From: Lingula anatina
Taxonomy: Eukaryota; Animalia; Brachiopoda
DNA: 64,000 nt
Reading direction: 5' to 3'
NCBI GenBank assembly: GCA_051362555.1
Contig: CM120640.1
Span: forward strand, 37,777,967-37,841,966
The notes below the pieces were generated by a model. The model saw only the letters and a program-made list of their open reading frames with translations, was not told the DNA's origin and did not search any database. The position numbers were made by a program, and so were the translations under genes. Positions 51,288-64,000 of this stretch are shown here, piece after piece. The number at the start of each line of letters is the position of its first letter. Position 1 is the first letter of the stretch.

Positions 51288-51445
51288 TGGTAAGATGCTA
51301 CAAACATTATTATCTTTTGATAGTAGTTATTCAACTTTCAAACAAAATTTATCTTTTAATAGCAGTTTATTCAACTTTTGAACAAAATCATCAGATTTAC
51401 TGGTGAGTTAGTTTTTTGGTGTACTTTTTGGTTTTGGAATGAGTA
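51288..51445. repeat. Dispersed direct repeat, copy 1 (copy 2 at 53352-53460)
   Basis: Both copies share GGTAAGATGCTACAAA...TAGT(T)TATTCA.CTTT...GGTGTACTTTTT.GTTTT...TGAGTA. Copy 1 has an internal ~39-bp tandem duplication. Confidence 0.7.
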
Positions 51446-52116
51446 AAAAAAAAATCTAATGTTGTAATATGGGGCAACAACTTTGAGGGAATTAGTTTGC
51501 CCAAAACTCCCATGTACAAAAAATTTTGCTGTTTAATAAACACCATATGGATTATCACCAGCATAACTGAGTAGCAACAAATATGTGTAAGTACACATCT
51601 ACATATCAATGATGAACTATTTATAACCATCTAGTTTAATTATTTTTGTGTGGGGGGGATTCACTTGTTATTAAAAATCATTTAATTAATCACAGTAACT
51701 GTGGCTTTGAACATTTTACTCTTGTTGGCTAATATTAAAGGACTGAAGATAGGAAGAATTTACAATTTAATTTTATTGCTTTGGCACAATTATTTTGTCA
51801 CAACAATGAGCATTCTACTATTCCACATAAAACAGGACTTGGATTGGCAACAGCTTACTGTTCTCATCCAAACAAAAAAAGCTCACATTTTGTATATTTC
51901 AGATAATCAATGTCTCATAAACATCTAGAGTTGGGGTGGGGGGAGAGGTGACCAGTATTGGTGTTAGTTTATCACATCTGCTTAATGTAGCTGAAATCAC
52001 TAATACAAAAAGAAAGCTATGATCAGTAACAATATGTCCTGTGTATTACTTCTCAGAATCACAGCATATACTATCTTGCAGCCACAGTGAACTACACTAG
52101 GGCTATAAATAAATAT

Positions 52117-52283
52117 CAGGGATGGATCCAGAGCTATCTTCTGACTGTCTTCCAAACCATCTTCGTTGATCCATCCTCCATTTTTGACCGTCTTCCAACA
52201 GAAAAAAAAGATACCGGTCATTGTAAACTTGAAAATCTGACTGTCTTTCAGAAGACCCAGAAGACCGCCTCAATCCACTCCTG
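52117..52283. mobile_element. Degenerate 167-bp MITE with CAGG...CCTG ends, downstream of the RICTOR stop
   Basis: Left CAGGGATGGATCCAG versus reverse-complemented right CAGGAGTGGATTGAG. Flanks AATAT / TATAT (4 of 5 match). Internal repeats of TGAC(T/C)GTCTT. Confidence 0.55.
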
Positions 52284-53024
52284 TATATATTCCCATCACA
52301 GAGAAGTACTTGAATCTTGAAATGCGGCACTAAATGTGCCAAATTGTGTGCATACTGGGGTCCAGATTAAATCTACTCATCTAAATAATACAACAACATG
52401 AAGGACACTGAACATCATGTAAGTTAAAAATATCACAGGTAAACATGTCTTCTTGAGCCTCTTCATTTACTGATTATTCAACTTCAAATTCTGCATTATT
52501 TGAATTCAGTCTCACTGCTGCATAGCGATAACATAACAGCTTACAAATGATTTTGGTCAGCATATTTGATATCTTTGTCAATCTAACTATTCATCTGACC
52601 TTTTATATCGTTGTGTTCAAATGAATGACCACTGGCTACATTAATTTGATTGCTGACTGTTACATTCAAGGTGACAAAGCAAATTCTTGCTGGTCAATGT
52701 ATTTAATTGCTCCCATTTGAGTTCAACACCACCCATCATCTTCCTTATTCAGTAATGTACATGCAATCCACGTAAATGGTTGCTTTGCTGTATTCTGTGT
52801 CTATCAATTCTACAATGTTCTAAATAAATCTCAAACTTTTTCATAATCTCTCTTATAATTGTGGAGGACATTTTCTCCAACCACTTTGGATTCAGTTCTT
52901 TCCGTTCTTTCCTGGTTTCAAGGAAATTCAGTGTTTGGTCTGCCTCCTACTATTCCAGCTTTAACTTTAAAATATGGCCATAGCTGATCTTGTAACTGAT
53001 AATTTCCTACCCTCTCCTTTGAGA

Positions 53025-56000
53025 TCACTGTTCTTCCACTTCAACTGTGCTAGGAATAACTGGTTTCACATCTTCGTTCAAGTTCAAAATGACCTGGGGT
53101 TCTTCAAACATCTTTCAAAGATAAAATATATTTGCTCAGTTAAAAATATATATTCATTTTTCACACATTCTCCATACCCCTGTGTTAGTGGTACTGTGCA
53201 TTTAGCAGATTTAAACTGGATCATTTTACAAAATCTTTCAAGATTCAATTTCTTAAGCAAGTGTGGAAGCACCATTCAAAATATATAATGTTCACACACA
53301 CATTTATATATATAAGTGTAAATAAACATCTTAGTTCACAAAAAGTGAGGGGGTAAGATGCTACAAAAACTATTACCTCATGAAAGTAGTTTATTCATCT
53401 TTTGAAAAGTCAACTTATGACTTCGTTTTTGGGTGTACTTTTTAGTTTTAAAGTGAGTATAAGAGACACATGTTACATCCTGTTTTTAATTGTAAGAGAT
53501 AAAAGATAAAAGCTTATGCATAAGGTGCATTAAAAGTTACTTAGCATTGTTCACTATATGTGTTACATTGCCACTTTTACCTTGTCAAATGTCATGTCTT
53601 GGAATAACTCTTGGATAAATCTCCTGGACGGCAGGCGGAAGTTATAGTGGCCCAACAGGTAGCACACCTCAGAGTACAAACACAGATCTTGGAATGCATT
53701 GGGGAATTTTTGCTTCAGGCTGTGAAAAAGAAAGCGGAACAATTATTGTGTAGGCTACAAACTTTTGCTCCAGGTTGCCAAAGTACACTGAAGCTCTTTA
53801 GAAATGAGTGAGGTACAAAAGGGCTGTGCAAAAGTTAGTGAAACTCTTCAGAATAGCCATCTTCGCAAAGCAAAATGTCATTACTATCGTTATGGCCCAT
53901 TGTAAGTCCTTATTTTTAACCTGCTGTGTTTGTGCAACCAACATATTTCTTGGAAGTCATAAGCTTCAGGGTATTGATGATAACTTAACAAGTGGATAAA
54001 TATAAAAGACAATAAAGTGTCATCATATGAAAATTTTGAGGAGGAGTTTTATCGACTGTGTTCATACTTAAGTAGGTTCTGTTCTGATGCTTTCACTCCA
54101 ACAGAGCTACTTAGGTTTATGATAAACTTGAGTATTTCCTGCCGAATCATGGACCGACCAGAGACACTGTCTTCAGAGAGCCTGGGACCAGCTGTGCAGG
54201 ACAGAAAATAAAAGCTGTTGTCAAAATATAGTATACACCATAGTTGCTAGTGCTACAAAACTTAACTTTATTAAACCTTCTTTTTTAAAAAAACAAAAAT
54301 ATCTAGTATAGGTATTACACATTTAAAATAACATCGAAAAATATTAACATTTTAGAATAACTGTGACAAAACTTCACCATTTATAAAACCTTCTTTAAAA
54401 AGCAACACCATCTAAAATAGATATACCACATTTACAATTACTTAAAAAAATTACATTTAAAATAACTATTAAAAGGTATTATTTTTAACTGATACAATAG
54501 GGTGACCTTGCACATTTTTGTCTAGTTTACTTATTATTTCAAATTCATCACATGCACTTCTGTGGCTTTTTGTAAACAAATATACGATCTGAATAATTAC
54601 CAGGTAATTACTAAAATGTTGGAAGAAGATAGACAAGATGACTTTACCAACCTATTTCACTCCCTGCATCACTGCTGACACTGCCCACTGTGGTACCATC
54701 TGTGTAGCTGCCATCTTTGGAAGGAAGACGCAGCAAGGTGGTACCACCAACAGATAACTGAGAGTCATCAGCGCCCTCTATTTCACCTGCCTCATCCTCA
54801 CATTCTTCTGAAATATTTAAAATGTGCACAGCTTTTATTAAGTCTCATATTCTTAGTCTTCTTTTTTATCTTTATTCAATGAAAAGTAACATAATTACTT
54901 TCTTTTTTCCAATACTGAAATATGGACATGCATTCAGATTCAGATTGCTGTGGTATATCTTGTCTCCAATTCTAAAGACATGTATAAACATGGGTCACTC
55001 CCTTCTTTAATGACCACACCCCTTCCAAAGATCACACAGCATATGCACCAACAAATTATTTCCTGTACAGACAAATGAACATATTCTTTGTCATCTGCCA
55101 ATAAGATTTTTTCATATATATATATATATATATATATACTGTTTTTTAATTAAATAAATGGTCATTTTATGGAAGAAAAACTCACCACTGGTCACTTCCA
55201 CTACACAGACTGTGATCTTCTGTTCCACTGGTTTCCTGACCCTGTAGCAGCCAAAACAAGACTCCAGGCTGTGGTGCTCTAAGCCATCCATTTGTGCTAC
55301 ATGGGACACCTGGGATGCACTACGGGAATGAGTGCCTGAATCTAGAAATAGGCAGCATGATCCTCATACAAACAGGCAGAGAGACAGATGAACAGTATGC
55401 AGAAGTAATGTTGAAATAATGCTCATTGGGTTTAAGTCGATTCTGATCTTTAATGTAAAAAGAGCTATCACTTTTTTCTTTTCATGAAGGGTGAAGACGC
55501 ATATGATGGAAAAACACAGCATCTATGTTATTCTGAATTAAGTTGTATTACCTGAATTCCAGTCCACTGATGAGTAGGTTTCCCCAGTGGAATCTGTAGT
55601 GGTGCTGGTAAATGTGTAGGTTTGAGACCTTTGGTCTTCACCTTCTGACACCTACAGTAATAATGTAACAGATGCTTGAAATCATTTCACAAAATGCATT
55701 ATTTTGGTCATATATACATTTATATATATATAGTCACTGTAAATATATTCTCTCAATCACGGTAAACAGTTAATCAATTCAAAACCTTTTAAAAGATATG
55801 CATGAAGTAGCTATGTCAGACCAAGATTTGGCTATTCAAAAATGTGTAATACCAAGGTTGTCTGAGTCCCAATTTTGATTACCTGAAATATCATGCTGAT
55901 ATCTACAGGAAGACAAAGCCCTATAAACTGTGCTGCCCCAGTCACAGACATCTTCCCAGAAGAATTTGAAGGTCTCCTAGACAAAGGTCTTGGCAAGGAA

Positions 56001-59000
56001 TTGGTCGGACTAGGAACATTTTGCAAAGATATAAAACTCTGATATCTGGAAATGTAAAAAATAAATAATGATAATAATAATAATAATAATAATATATTCC
56101 ATTATAAAATACAAGACAGGGCCTTCAATCAAACTTGGAAAATGCATTATATCAACTTTCAAAGACACAAAACAAATTTAAATCAGTTACCTTTTGAGAA
56201 TATTCTAATATGGTATTGTGAAAAACATGTCTGACACTTAGTTTGTCATCAAAATTCAACATAATGGCAGTTTTTTTTCCAACTCATTCCTAATAGCATA
56301 CACAGTAAACATGTTTGACTCTTAAAACCAGTTTGATTTTTTTTAAATTTTTGATCCTTTTGATATCAGGAGAAACCTTTTATAAAACAGAAACAAATGT
56401 GTTGATGGACACATCAGAAATACACATATAATTACCTTGATTGCGGTAAGCTTCTGAAATCTAGACTCAATGATAATGGCAGTCCCGGCTCGGGCTCTAC
56501 CAGAGATGAAGCTCCCAGGCTTATCACATCAGAGTCTTCTCCAGAACTGAGAGTCCTCTGCCTCTGTAAAGTTCTAAGTGCCAGGTAACCCTGAGCATTG
56601 CGACTAGTCGTATAAATTGCGTTGGGATCTTGGGCTTCAATTTTCCCATCTACTGTTCTGATTGTTTGCATAACAGGACTCTTAAACCTACGCTGAAGAC
56701 TAGGTGTCCTGCGCAAATTGAACTGTTTGCGGTACATATCTGAAGGATGAATATTTTTCTCAACATCAATGAATTTGTTGTTCATGGAGGACTCACTTGC
56801 TATAGGACTTAGATCATGGCGTAGGGAGTCGAGGAGCGTCACTTTGTGACCCGAATCAAAAGACTCCACTCCACTCGTAGTAGTGTCAGTATTAAAACTG
56901 TCCGATCTACTCTTACTGGCCTGGGACTGAGTACTGTCATTGCTGTAGCTCCTTTCATCCCTTAGACTAGAACTGTGTGACCTCCCAGAGGGTGACACAT
57001 CCAGAGACTTGGACCTCTCTGTGCTTGCCAGACTAGAACTGCGAATTTTAGAAATCATGCGGTCGCGTAGTCTCCGCCTTGCATGTTCCTGAAGAGTTTG
57101 TGCTCGCCTCAAGGGAGAAATCGGAGTGACTGGTGAGGGACCAATCTCAAACTTAGCCACCCTCTGTTTACTCTCCTGGTCTGAAGAATCTGATGCACTC
57201 CTCCCGTGTGAAATAGTTAAAGACTGGTTAACTGACTGCTGACCTGGTTCCATAGTAGAGAAAACGCTACCAGTATCTTTTTCTTTGCCATCCTCAAGTG
57301 TCACGCTCCCATTCACTCTAGCAGTAACTCCTTGATCACTGTGGCTGGTGCCACTCCTGGGTTTCTCCACCTCTGGTCGCATTGATCCTTCACTGTGCGA
57401 CTTGGGTCTTGGTGGGGGTACTGCTATTTCTATAACATCTCTTTCCTGGGATTCTTCTCGAGTTTCGAGCACCTGGCAAGATACACAGAAACTCATCAAT
57501 AGATTGGCAATGTAAAATGTTCTGCATATTTTAAAGCATTTGACCTGCAAATTCAAATTTAATCATGTTACAATAAAGATTGTAGCACATATTCTCAACC
57601 TGATGTAGCTATTTAACAGATTATGCTTAATGAAAATGAGAGTACATGAATGATTGAAAATGCAAAACTTCCCCCACCTGCTGTAGATTAGAAGGTGTTT
57701 TGGGATGCTCTCTCTCCTCACTAAATTGACTGATACTGCTGGTGTATGATATTGCATCCGAGGTCTCCTCCCCCACAGTGTCTGATGCCAGCGCATCCTC
57801 CTCTTCTATCACTGGCCACAGGTCATGGCGATTGTGGCGAACGGACTCCCAGCCATACTCGTGGAGCAGGTCAGATCCTGCCCTTGAACTAGCCACCAAA
57901 CACAACACATAATAAGCAGTGCTGAAAGAAAAAGGACACATTTAGTAATACATTGTTAATTTCTCCATGTCAACTATCTTACTTTTTAATGTCAAATATG
58001 AGCCCTTTTACAGATTCTATTTCCTAAACATTACCATTTCACCTTAGAACACCTCTCACTTCTCAACTCCAAATTACTTGTACTAAGTTAATTTTCAGCC
58101 TGTAATCTAGTTTCCAGGTCTTAGTATTAGGACCACCCATGGCATCAGATCACTCCATTTACCCCCTCACTGAGAACACCCCACACTCCTCAGCTAGTTT
58201 AATCAACTCTGGCACCAGATTCTCCCTCTCCAGCATCTGCAGGCCCCAGGCAGAAGAGCCTATCTGGCCCTGAAATACATTGGGACACTGTTAACAAAAC
58301 CTGACTAAGCTGTAAGTTCAATGGACTACTCTTTACATTCATGTATGTTTGTTAAACAAGATGGAATCTAACAAACATCTCTCTAAATTAACTGGTCGAT
58401 GGCTGCTCAAACATTCACCATTTCAGAATATTTTCCCTTCTTTGCCTGTTTGGTAAACAGAATTGCATCAAACATTTAAAATATAAAATAATAAGTTTAT
58501 GAGTGCTCCAATATTCACCATTTTCTCTTTTTTTTCAAACTGATAAAAGAACACAGATTCTTACCACTGCCCACATTGCTGCTTTTAATTTCAGAACATC
58601 TTCATCTGTTCTCAACTCCTGATACTTTATGCTGTCTACATATTCTTGCAGATAATCCTGAAAAAATGGTAAAGAATTTATCAGAAAAACATCTGAGAAC
58701 TAGGTAACAGAATTGTCAAGTTGATACAAGTTCTCACTGAGACACAAAATTACAGAAGCCAATGTACCTGATGACCTGTACTTTGAATAATTATGTTATG
58801 TACAAGTGCTACCACCAAACCAGAGATCAAGATAAAAGATTCTCTCTGCACATGAAAGAAACAACACACCTGTTTTTCAATAAGTTCATAACCTTCTTTA
58901 TGCTGAACTAGTTGCCCATATAGATGGATTGGAACATACACGTCCTTCTTGATTTTTCTAAAAGGAACAGCAAAAGCTACTTGACACACATTTATAAAAA

Positions 59001-62000
59001 GGTCTCATTTAAACCATAAAACAAAATATTGAGGAGAAAAAGCGTATCTGAAAAACAAGTTTTAGTTCCTTTCTTCCAACCATTAATGCTAATCATTTGT
59101 CCAATGTTAAACAAACTGTAAAAAATCGCTAACCAATAGTGCAATTCAATTCTCCAGGGTAAACAAACTGTAAAAAAATCAGTATGTTCTAATAATATTT
59201 TTTCATCTACATAGCAAACAAATGTTATTTCTTTTAAAACTCTTATTACCGTCTAGACGATCTTCTGGTATAAGATCCATCATAATTCTTTTCATATGTT
59301 GTGAGGGCTTGGTTCAGGTGGTCTTCAACAATGTGGACATATCGCATGTTAAAAGTCTGAAAGAGAGAAGATGAATATTGAGAACAATAATAAAATTAAA
59401 CTATCCTATCTAAGTCCATTAACTTAACAAAATGTTTCAAACAAATGTTTTCCTTAAAAGTCTACCTCACTCATTTAACCAAATTGTATCCTTCAATGTT
59501 TGTATTGTTCTAAGTAAAAATATGCATGTTAAACTAACAAGACTGATGTGAATCTCAGTATCTCTTCAATACCTTGTGCCACTTTTGTAGTTCATGGTCC
59601 AAGAAGTTGGCATCTATAAGAAACTTTAAACCACTGGGTTGTGACAGAAATCTGGCTAATAGAAGTGAGCCTTTCTCACCCATGTGTAGAAAGGATGGCC
59701 GCATTTTGATCAATGCCAAAAGATTAACCTGAAAGCAAAAATCAAAACCTTTTATTAATGACTTTTTAAAGGGAGTGATCAAGTAACGTTTTAATTTCTA
59801 CATTATTGTTTGGATCAATTTTCCTTTTTAAATTTAATCATTTTTTCACGTTGTATTGTAAAGTCTACTAAACAAATTTGGATTTTAGACTCAATAATAA
59901 TAATAATTATTATTTTGTGAGCATTCATCAAACATCCCCCCCAAACTCTCCACACACCCATACATCAGTCAAATCTCTGTATAGCAGTATAATTCATTAT
60001 AATTCTATTTTCTCAGAACAAACAAATATACCTCATCTTCACAAGCCTCATCTAATACACTGAGTGCCTCCAGGGCCACCTTCTTGTCCTGGTCATACAT
60101 CTGTGTGACCAGCATGTCAGTGCCCCAGGTGCTGAAGAATGGGATCTTAGCACGTAACAACACACGCATGAAGGAGGCTGTGTAATATCTGGCATTCTGA
60201 AAACAATAGCAGGGTTTAGTTCATGTGTATGGCTGTCAGAGAGAAGATTTTCATCATGTGTGTTATGTTGTAGGAATAAATAATTTTTTCAATCAACAGC
60301 TGATGTTGACATCGTTTACCTCCAATATTTAGGAATAATATCCCTTGAATACAGGCCATTTACTTGGACAGTCTCAATCCCTGATGAAGATGCTCTTGAC
60401 AGAGATCAAAATATTGGAGGTAAACACTGTTATGTTAGCATGGGCTGAAAAAAATTACTTAATTCTTACATAATTTTTTTCAAATTGTCGGCATTCACTG
60501 GTATCATGAAGGAACTGCCTGAATATCTTTTTAAACCAACTTTAAACAGTTTTCAAAGACGTAACTAAAAACTAGAGGAAAAGTATGGCAATTATACTGC
60601 CTCTTCATAATGGCAATATTTACTACTTGGTTAATGTTAAAAATACATATGAATGTAGGGGAAATATCTCCTTGCTTTTAAGCATGATGTTTTGAAAATG
60701 TACTTACATCCGAGGTTGCTGTTAGGGCTTTGGACAGAATTATCCTGGTCATCCCATCTCTTGAGTAATCTAGGCTTGACACTACAAGTTTGATGTACAC
60801 GTCATGGCTTGTCACTGTCACCAAGTCAAGTAAACTGAAAAACAAAGGGTGTTAATTCTGAGCATGACGACAATCTACAATAGCAAACTGTACACACAAA
60901 AAGTGTTATAGCCTTTCAGCACTCCCAATAAATACTAGCAACAAATCTTTTATTTTTATTAGATTGTTTTAAAACAGTCACTGTAATGGATCATTTACTA
61001 GGAAATAATTTATAATCACCAGCTGAGTATTCCAGTTTTTTCCAAAGCTTTTTCACCACGCAATGTATAGGAAAGTCTGCCAATGAAAAGGAAGTAGTCA
61101 TGGGAAAGAGTGTTGGCCATACGTGATGGACTGAACAGAGCCTCTGGAGGGGCTTTCTCGGCACGTATCTGAATGAAGAATAGCATTATTTAGCCACAGG
61201 ACTGAAAGATTGAATTCAGTACAGAACAATGCAATGGAACACAAAAATATAACCTACTGGACATTACTGATGACATTATGAATGGACTGAGCAAAAAGAA
61301 AGTGTTTTATCATGACAATCAGAGCTGTAATTGTATTTAATGTAACTGTCATCTAAAAATGTTAATAAAAGTCAGTTAAACTGCCAGGTTTAGCAACTGA
61401 ACAACTGCATGTTAAACGATAAATATAATCTAATGTTAAGGAACTAAACGGTTTCTGTCATACTATGCAACTAACAGATTCCCTAGTTTTCATGTTGTGA
61501 TGTATTTCTGAAGTACCTGTGACAAACATCTGGCAATGTCCTCCAGCCACTCCTCTAGCAATTTGTTGCCCTCAGTCTGAAAAAAAAAGGTCCCAACATC
61601 AAGCCACACAACAATTCATTAATCTTTAACATATAATTTCAATCATAGCTATAATAAATTAACATATTTTGCCTGCATTACAAAAATGACTGTCACTTTG
61701 ACAGTGATAGAGGAATATCATTGATATCAAATTCTAAGTATAAAGAACAGACAATGTATTTCCGTTCTAGCTACAATGTTTCACAAACCTCATCACAGTC
61801 CAGCAGAAAGTCCACCAGATGGCAGCCTATGACAGAATATTTCTTTGCTTCTGGAGCAGTGACCTCTATATTTGAGAACAGTTTGGTGGTAGGTTTGAAG
61901 AAGTACACTATTCTTCTTATGAATCTGAAGAAATAAGTTCACATTGTGTTTTTTAAGCAAAAGAATCAACAGTGGTCAAAATATTCAAAGTTTATCTCAT

Positions 62001-63331
62001 TAATTAAAAATTATATTTTGAATACATTTTTAATTTTTTTATTTCCTGTTTAAAACAATAGTTATTAGATCATGCTTTGATTTCAGTATCATATAAAAAT
62101 ATATATTTTTTCTTTTACTTTTAATAATTCAATTAAAGTTAAAGGTGAGTAAAATGCAAAAAGAAACATGCTTCCCATATTACCACTCACTTCAAATTAT
62201 CACTTAAACCACTATAAACCCAAACCATACAAACACTTCTGAAACAATCAGGTTCAACCAAGAACCCTGAATAAGCATGTTAGTCAGTGTGTTTAACTGC
62301 TATCTATAATATCAATTCATCCACTTGTAAACCATACAAAGCAAAGCAGCATACGGATTGCTAAATTGCTTCTTGAAATCATAAAACTTTGACTATTAGA
62401 AGTGTGCTGCTTATTTAAATGCAGTGATACAAACCTGTGTGTCTTAGCCTGCACTTTCACTAAAACTTTCAACTCAAATCAGGGGTTCTAGGGGTTATGA
62501 CAAGATTGCTAGCATATTTACCTCTGCCAACAAAGGAGGTTTTTTTTTTTCCTTCAGCAATGGCCCGTCTGTTTATTAGTTTATTAACGTTAGAGAATTA
62601 GATGTCTCAAAGTATTCTTTGCACATTTTCAGTTGATAAAATTTAAAAGATACAGTCACTCAGAAAGGAAAGAAGTGACTACAATTCTAACTGAATTCTT
62701 TTTTAAAGAGTTTTTAAATGCCATTTTCCATGGCAGAGGTCTTATCTTTCTTCTTTTGCCTTAAAATGTATCAATTGCCATTCAAAATTGCCATTGGCTT
62801 CGTTAAAGCTTGTGATATTGAGCAAAACATGAAAAAGACAAAAAAGTATTGAAATATTAAGAAAAAATGGGACAGAGCAAAAGTCATCACCTAACTAGTA
62901 ATAAAAAGTCCTGTAGTTATCAATTAGGAAAAGCTAGCAAGTCACAGCACAGACTGTTTAAACACAGGTAAAATTACATACCCTGTAAAGCAAGCTGCTG
63001 TCCAAAATGCAAGTTCCCCTCAATGAAAAAAAAACCTCACTCACTGGTTAATAATATTACCTGTGCCACGTAAGTGCTTTCTCTGTGTCTACTGTTTCTA
63101 TAAAGAGACTTGGGAGGTTGGTTAGGGGATCTGAAGCTAGGCACACAACTATGAGGACAAATAAAACGCATAATACCTGTATTTTCCAACGTGTTTCTTT
63201 GATTCTTTCAAGGACAGCTTTTGGAGAAAGCCATCAAACTGTGAATAATCCATATTTGGAAAATCCTGAGGAGGAAGCACATACCTGAGGTTGGTCTGGT
63301 CATCTAATTTCTTCAGTGCTTCATCTGGCCA
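53025..63331 (-). CDS. RICTOR: Rapamycin-insensitive companion of mTOR, 3' portion (5' exons beyond the window end)
   Basis: Exons in transcription order: 63285-63331, 61789-61924, 61517-61576, 61020-61168, 60708-60834, 60032-60196, 59573-59728, 59250-59356, 58870-58957, 58565-58657, 58163-58269, 57678-57921, 56436-57472, 55883-56045, 55552-55651, 55186-55341, 54652-54807, 54068-54191, 53581-53719, 53025-53111. All phase-compatible. Motifs: FIRRIVYFFKP, YFLFIGRLS, SSLDYSRDG, MRVLLRA, LDEACED, VYVPIHLYGQLV, KLKAAMWAVGQIGSS, GWESVRH, SRSDSFNTDTTTSGV, FIGLCLPVDI, INLSSSV, DLCLYSEV, RRFIQELFQD. Confidence 0.96.
60269..60470. mobile_element. Old palindromic MITE-like remnant in a RICTOR intron
   Basis: Degenerate ~60-bp inverted arms with a perfect 17-bp core: GTTTACCTCCAATATTT (60314-60330) / AAATATTGGAGGTAAAC (60409-60425). 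No clear TSD. Confidence 0.65.
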
Positions 63332-64000
63332 CTGCATGGAAATCAGAAAATTTAATATCATAAAAATCACAGCCCAGCCCAAAGAAAAACCTCAGAAATT
63401 GCTCTAAGGTAATGGAAATGATAATGATTTATTTTACATGTGTGCTTGCAACCACTGTTTGGCATTTAAACACCTCATGTTCCAAATCATTCTCAATCAA
63501 CACAGATTTACTGGAATTACTCACCTATTTATAGCTTTATCTATGCTGTATGTACTTATTCTTCTATCCACACATCCATTAAACTATCATATATATCAAA
63601 ATTTAAGCCAACTTGAACATTACAAGACAAAAAAGCTGAAAGAAAGGCATTTACACCTACAAAACAGTAACAGTGACAAAGCATACTACTGTAAAACTGT
63701 TTACAGTGATATACTCAATGCAAACAGGACCTCAAATAACTCCATATTAATCCATAAAGAGAATGAACTAGTAATAGAAATACCCCACTAAAACTTTGTT
63801 TGGTGCATTTCAAGAAACTGCATTTATGTTCCCTGTTTTGTCGATCAAAATGATTCTGGAAAAGTGTGGTGTGAGAGTCACAATTGTTTCATGTTTGATA
63901 ACAGCTATCACTTCACTAACCTGCGTCTGGTTGATGGACATATATGTAACTGTAAATTATTTTTAAAAATTGGAGATTTACTTTATAGTTATATTTCTTT

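Noticed and set aside
63921-63949. AG/GT-bounded 29-nt candidate RICTOR microexon
   Set aside because: Translation does not match the W-x-W-x-L-I segment expected before WPDE. The true upstream exon probably lies beyond the window.

Overview
AT-rich, intron-containing animal genomic DNA. It is probably a lophotrochozoan such as a mollusc, inferred from gene structure and TACATGTA enrichment; it is not prokaryotic and has no CRISPR, rRNA or tRNA genes. Five spliced genes were reconstructed exon by exon. (1) A minus-strand single-pass receptor ectodomain (2 F-type lectin + EGF + 3 FN3 + TM) runs off the left edge and carries a frameshift and a broken splice acceptor. (2) A complete 24-exon TRPA1 channel gene (~1197 aa). 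(3) TTC33, 4 exons. (4) A peroxisomal D-aspartate-oxidase-like flavoenzyme, 9 exons, head-to-head with TTC33. (5) The 3' part of RICTOR, running off the right edge. Non-coding DNA holds several non-autonomous DNA transposons with readable TIRs and TSDs, a ~1 kb foldback just upstream of TRPA1, tandem repeats and microsatellites. I found no convincing new multi-gene system. The best leads are the damaged lectin receptor, the promoter foldback, a CAGG-ended MITE group with 5-bp TSDs, and substitutions at TRPA1 and DDO functional residues. All coordinates and alignments were done by eye.
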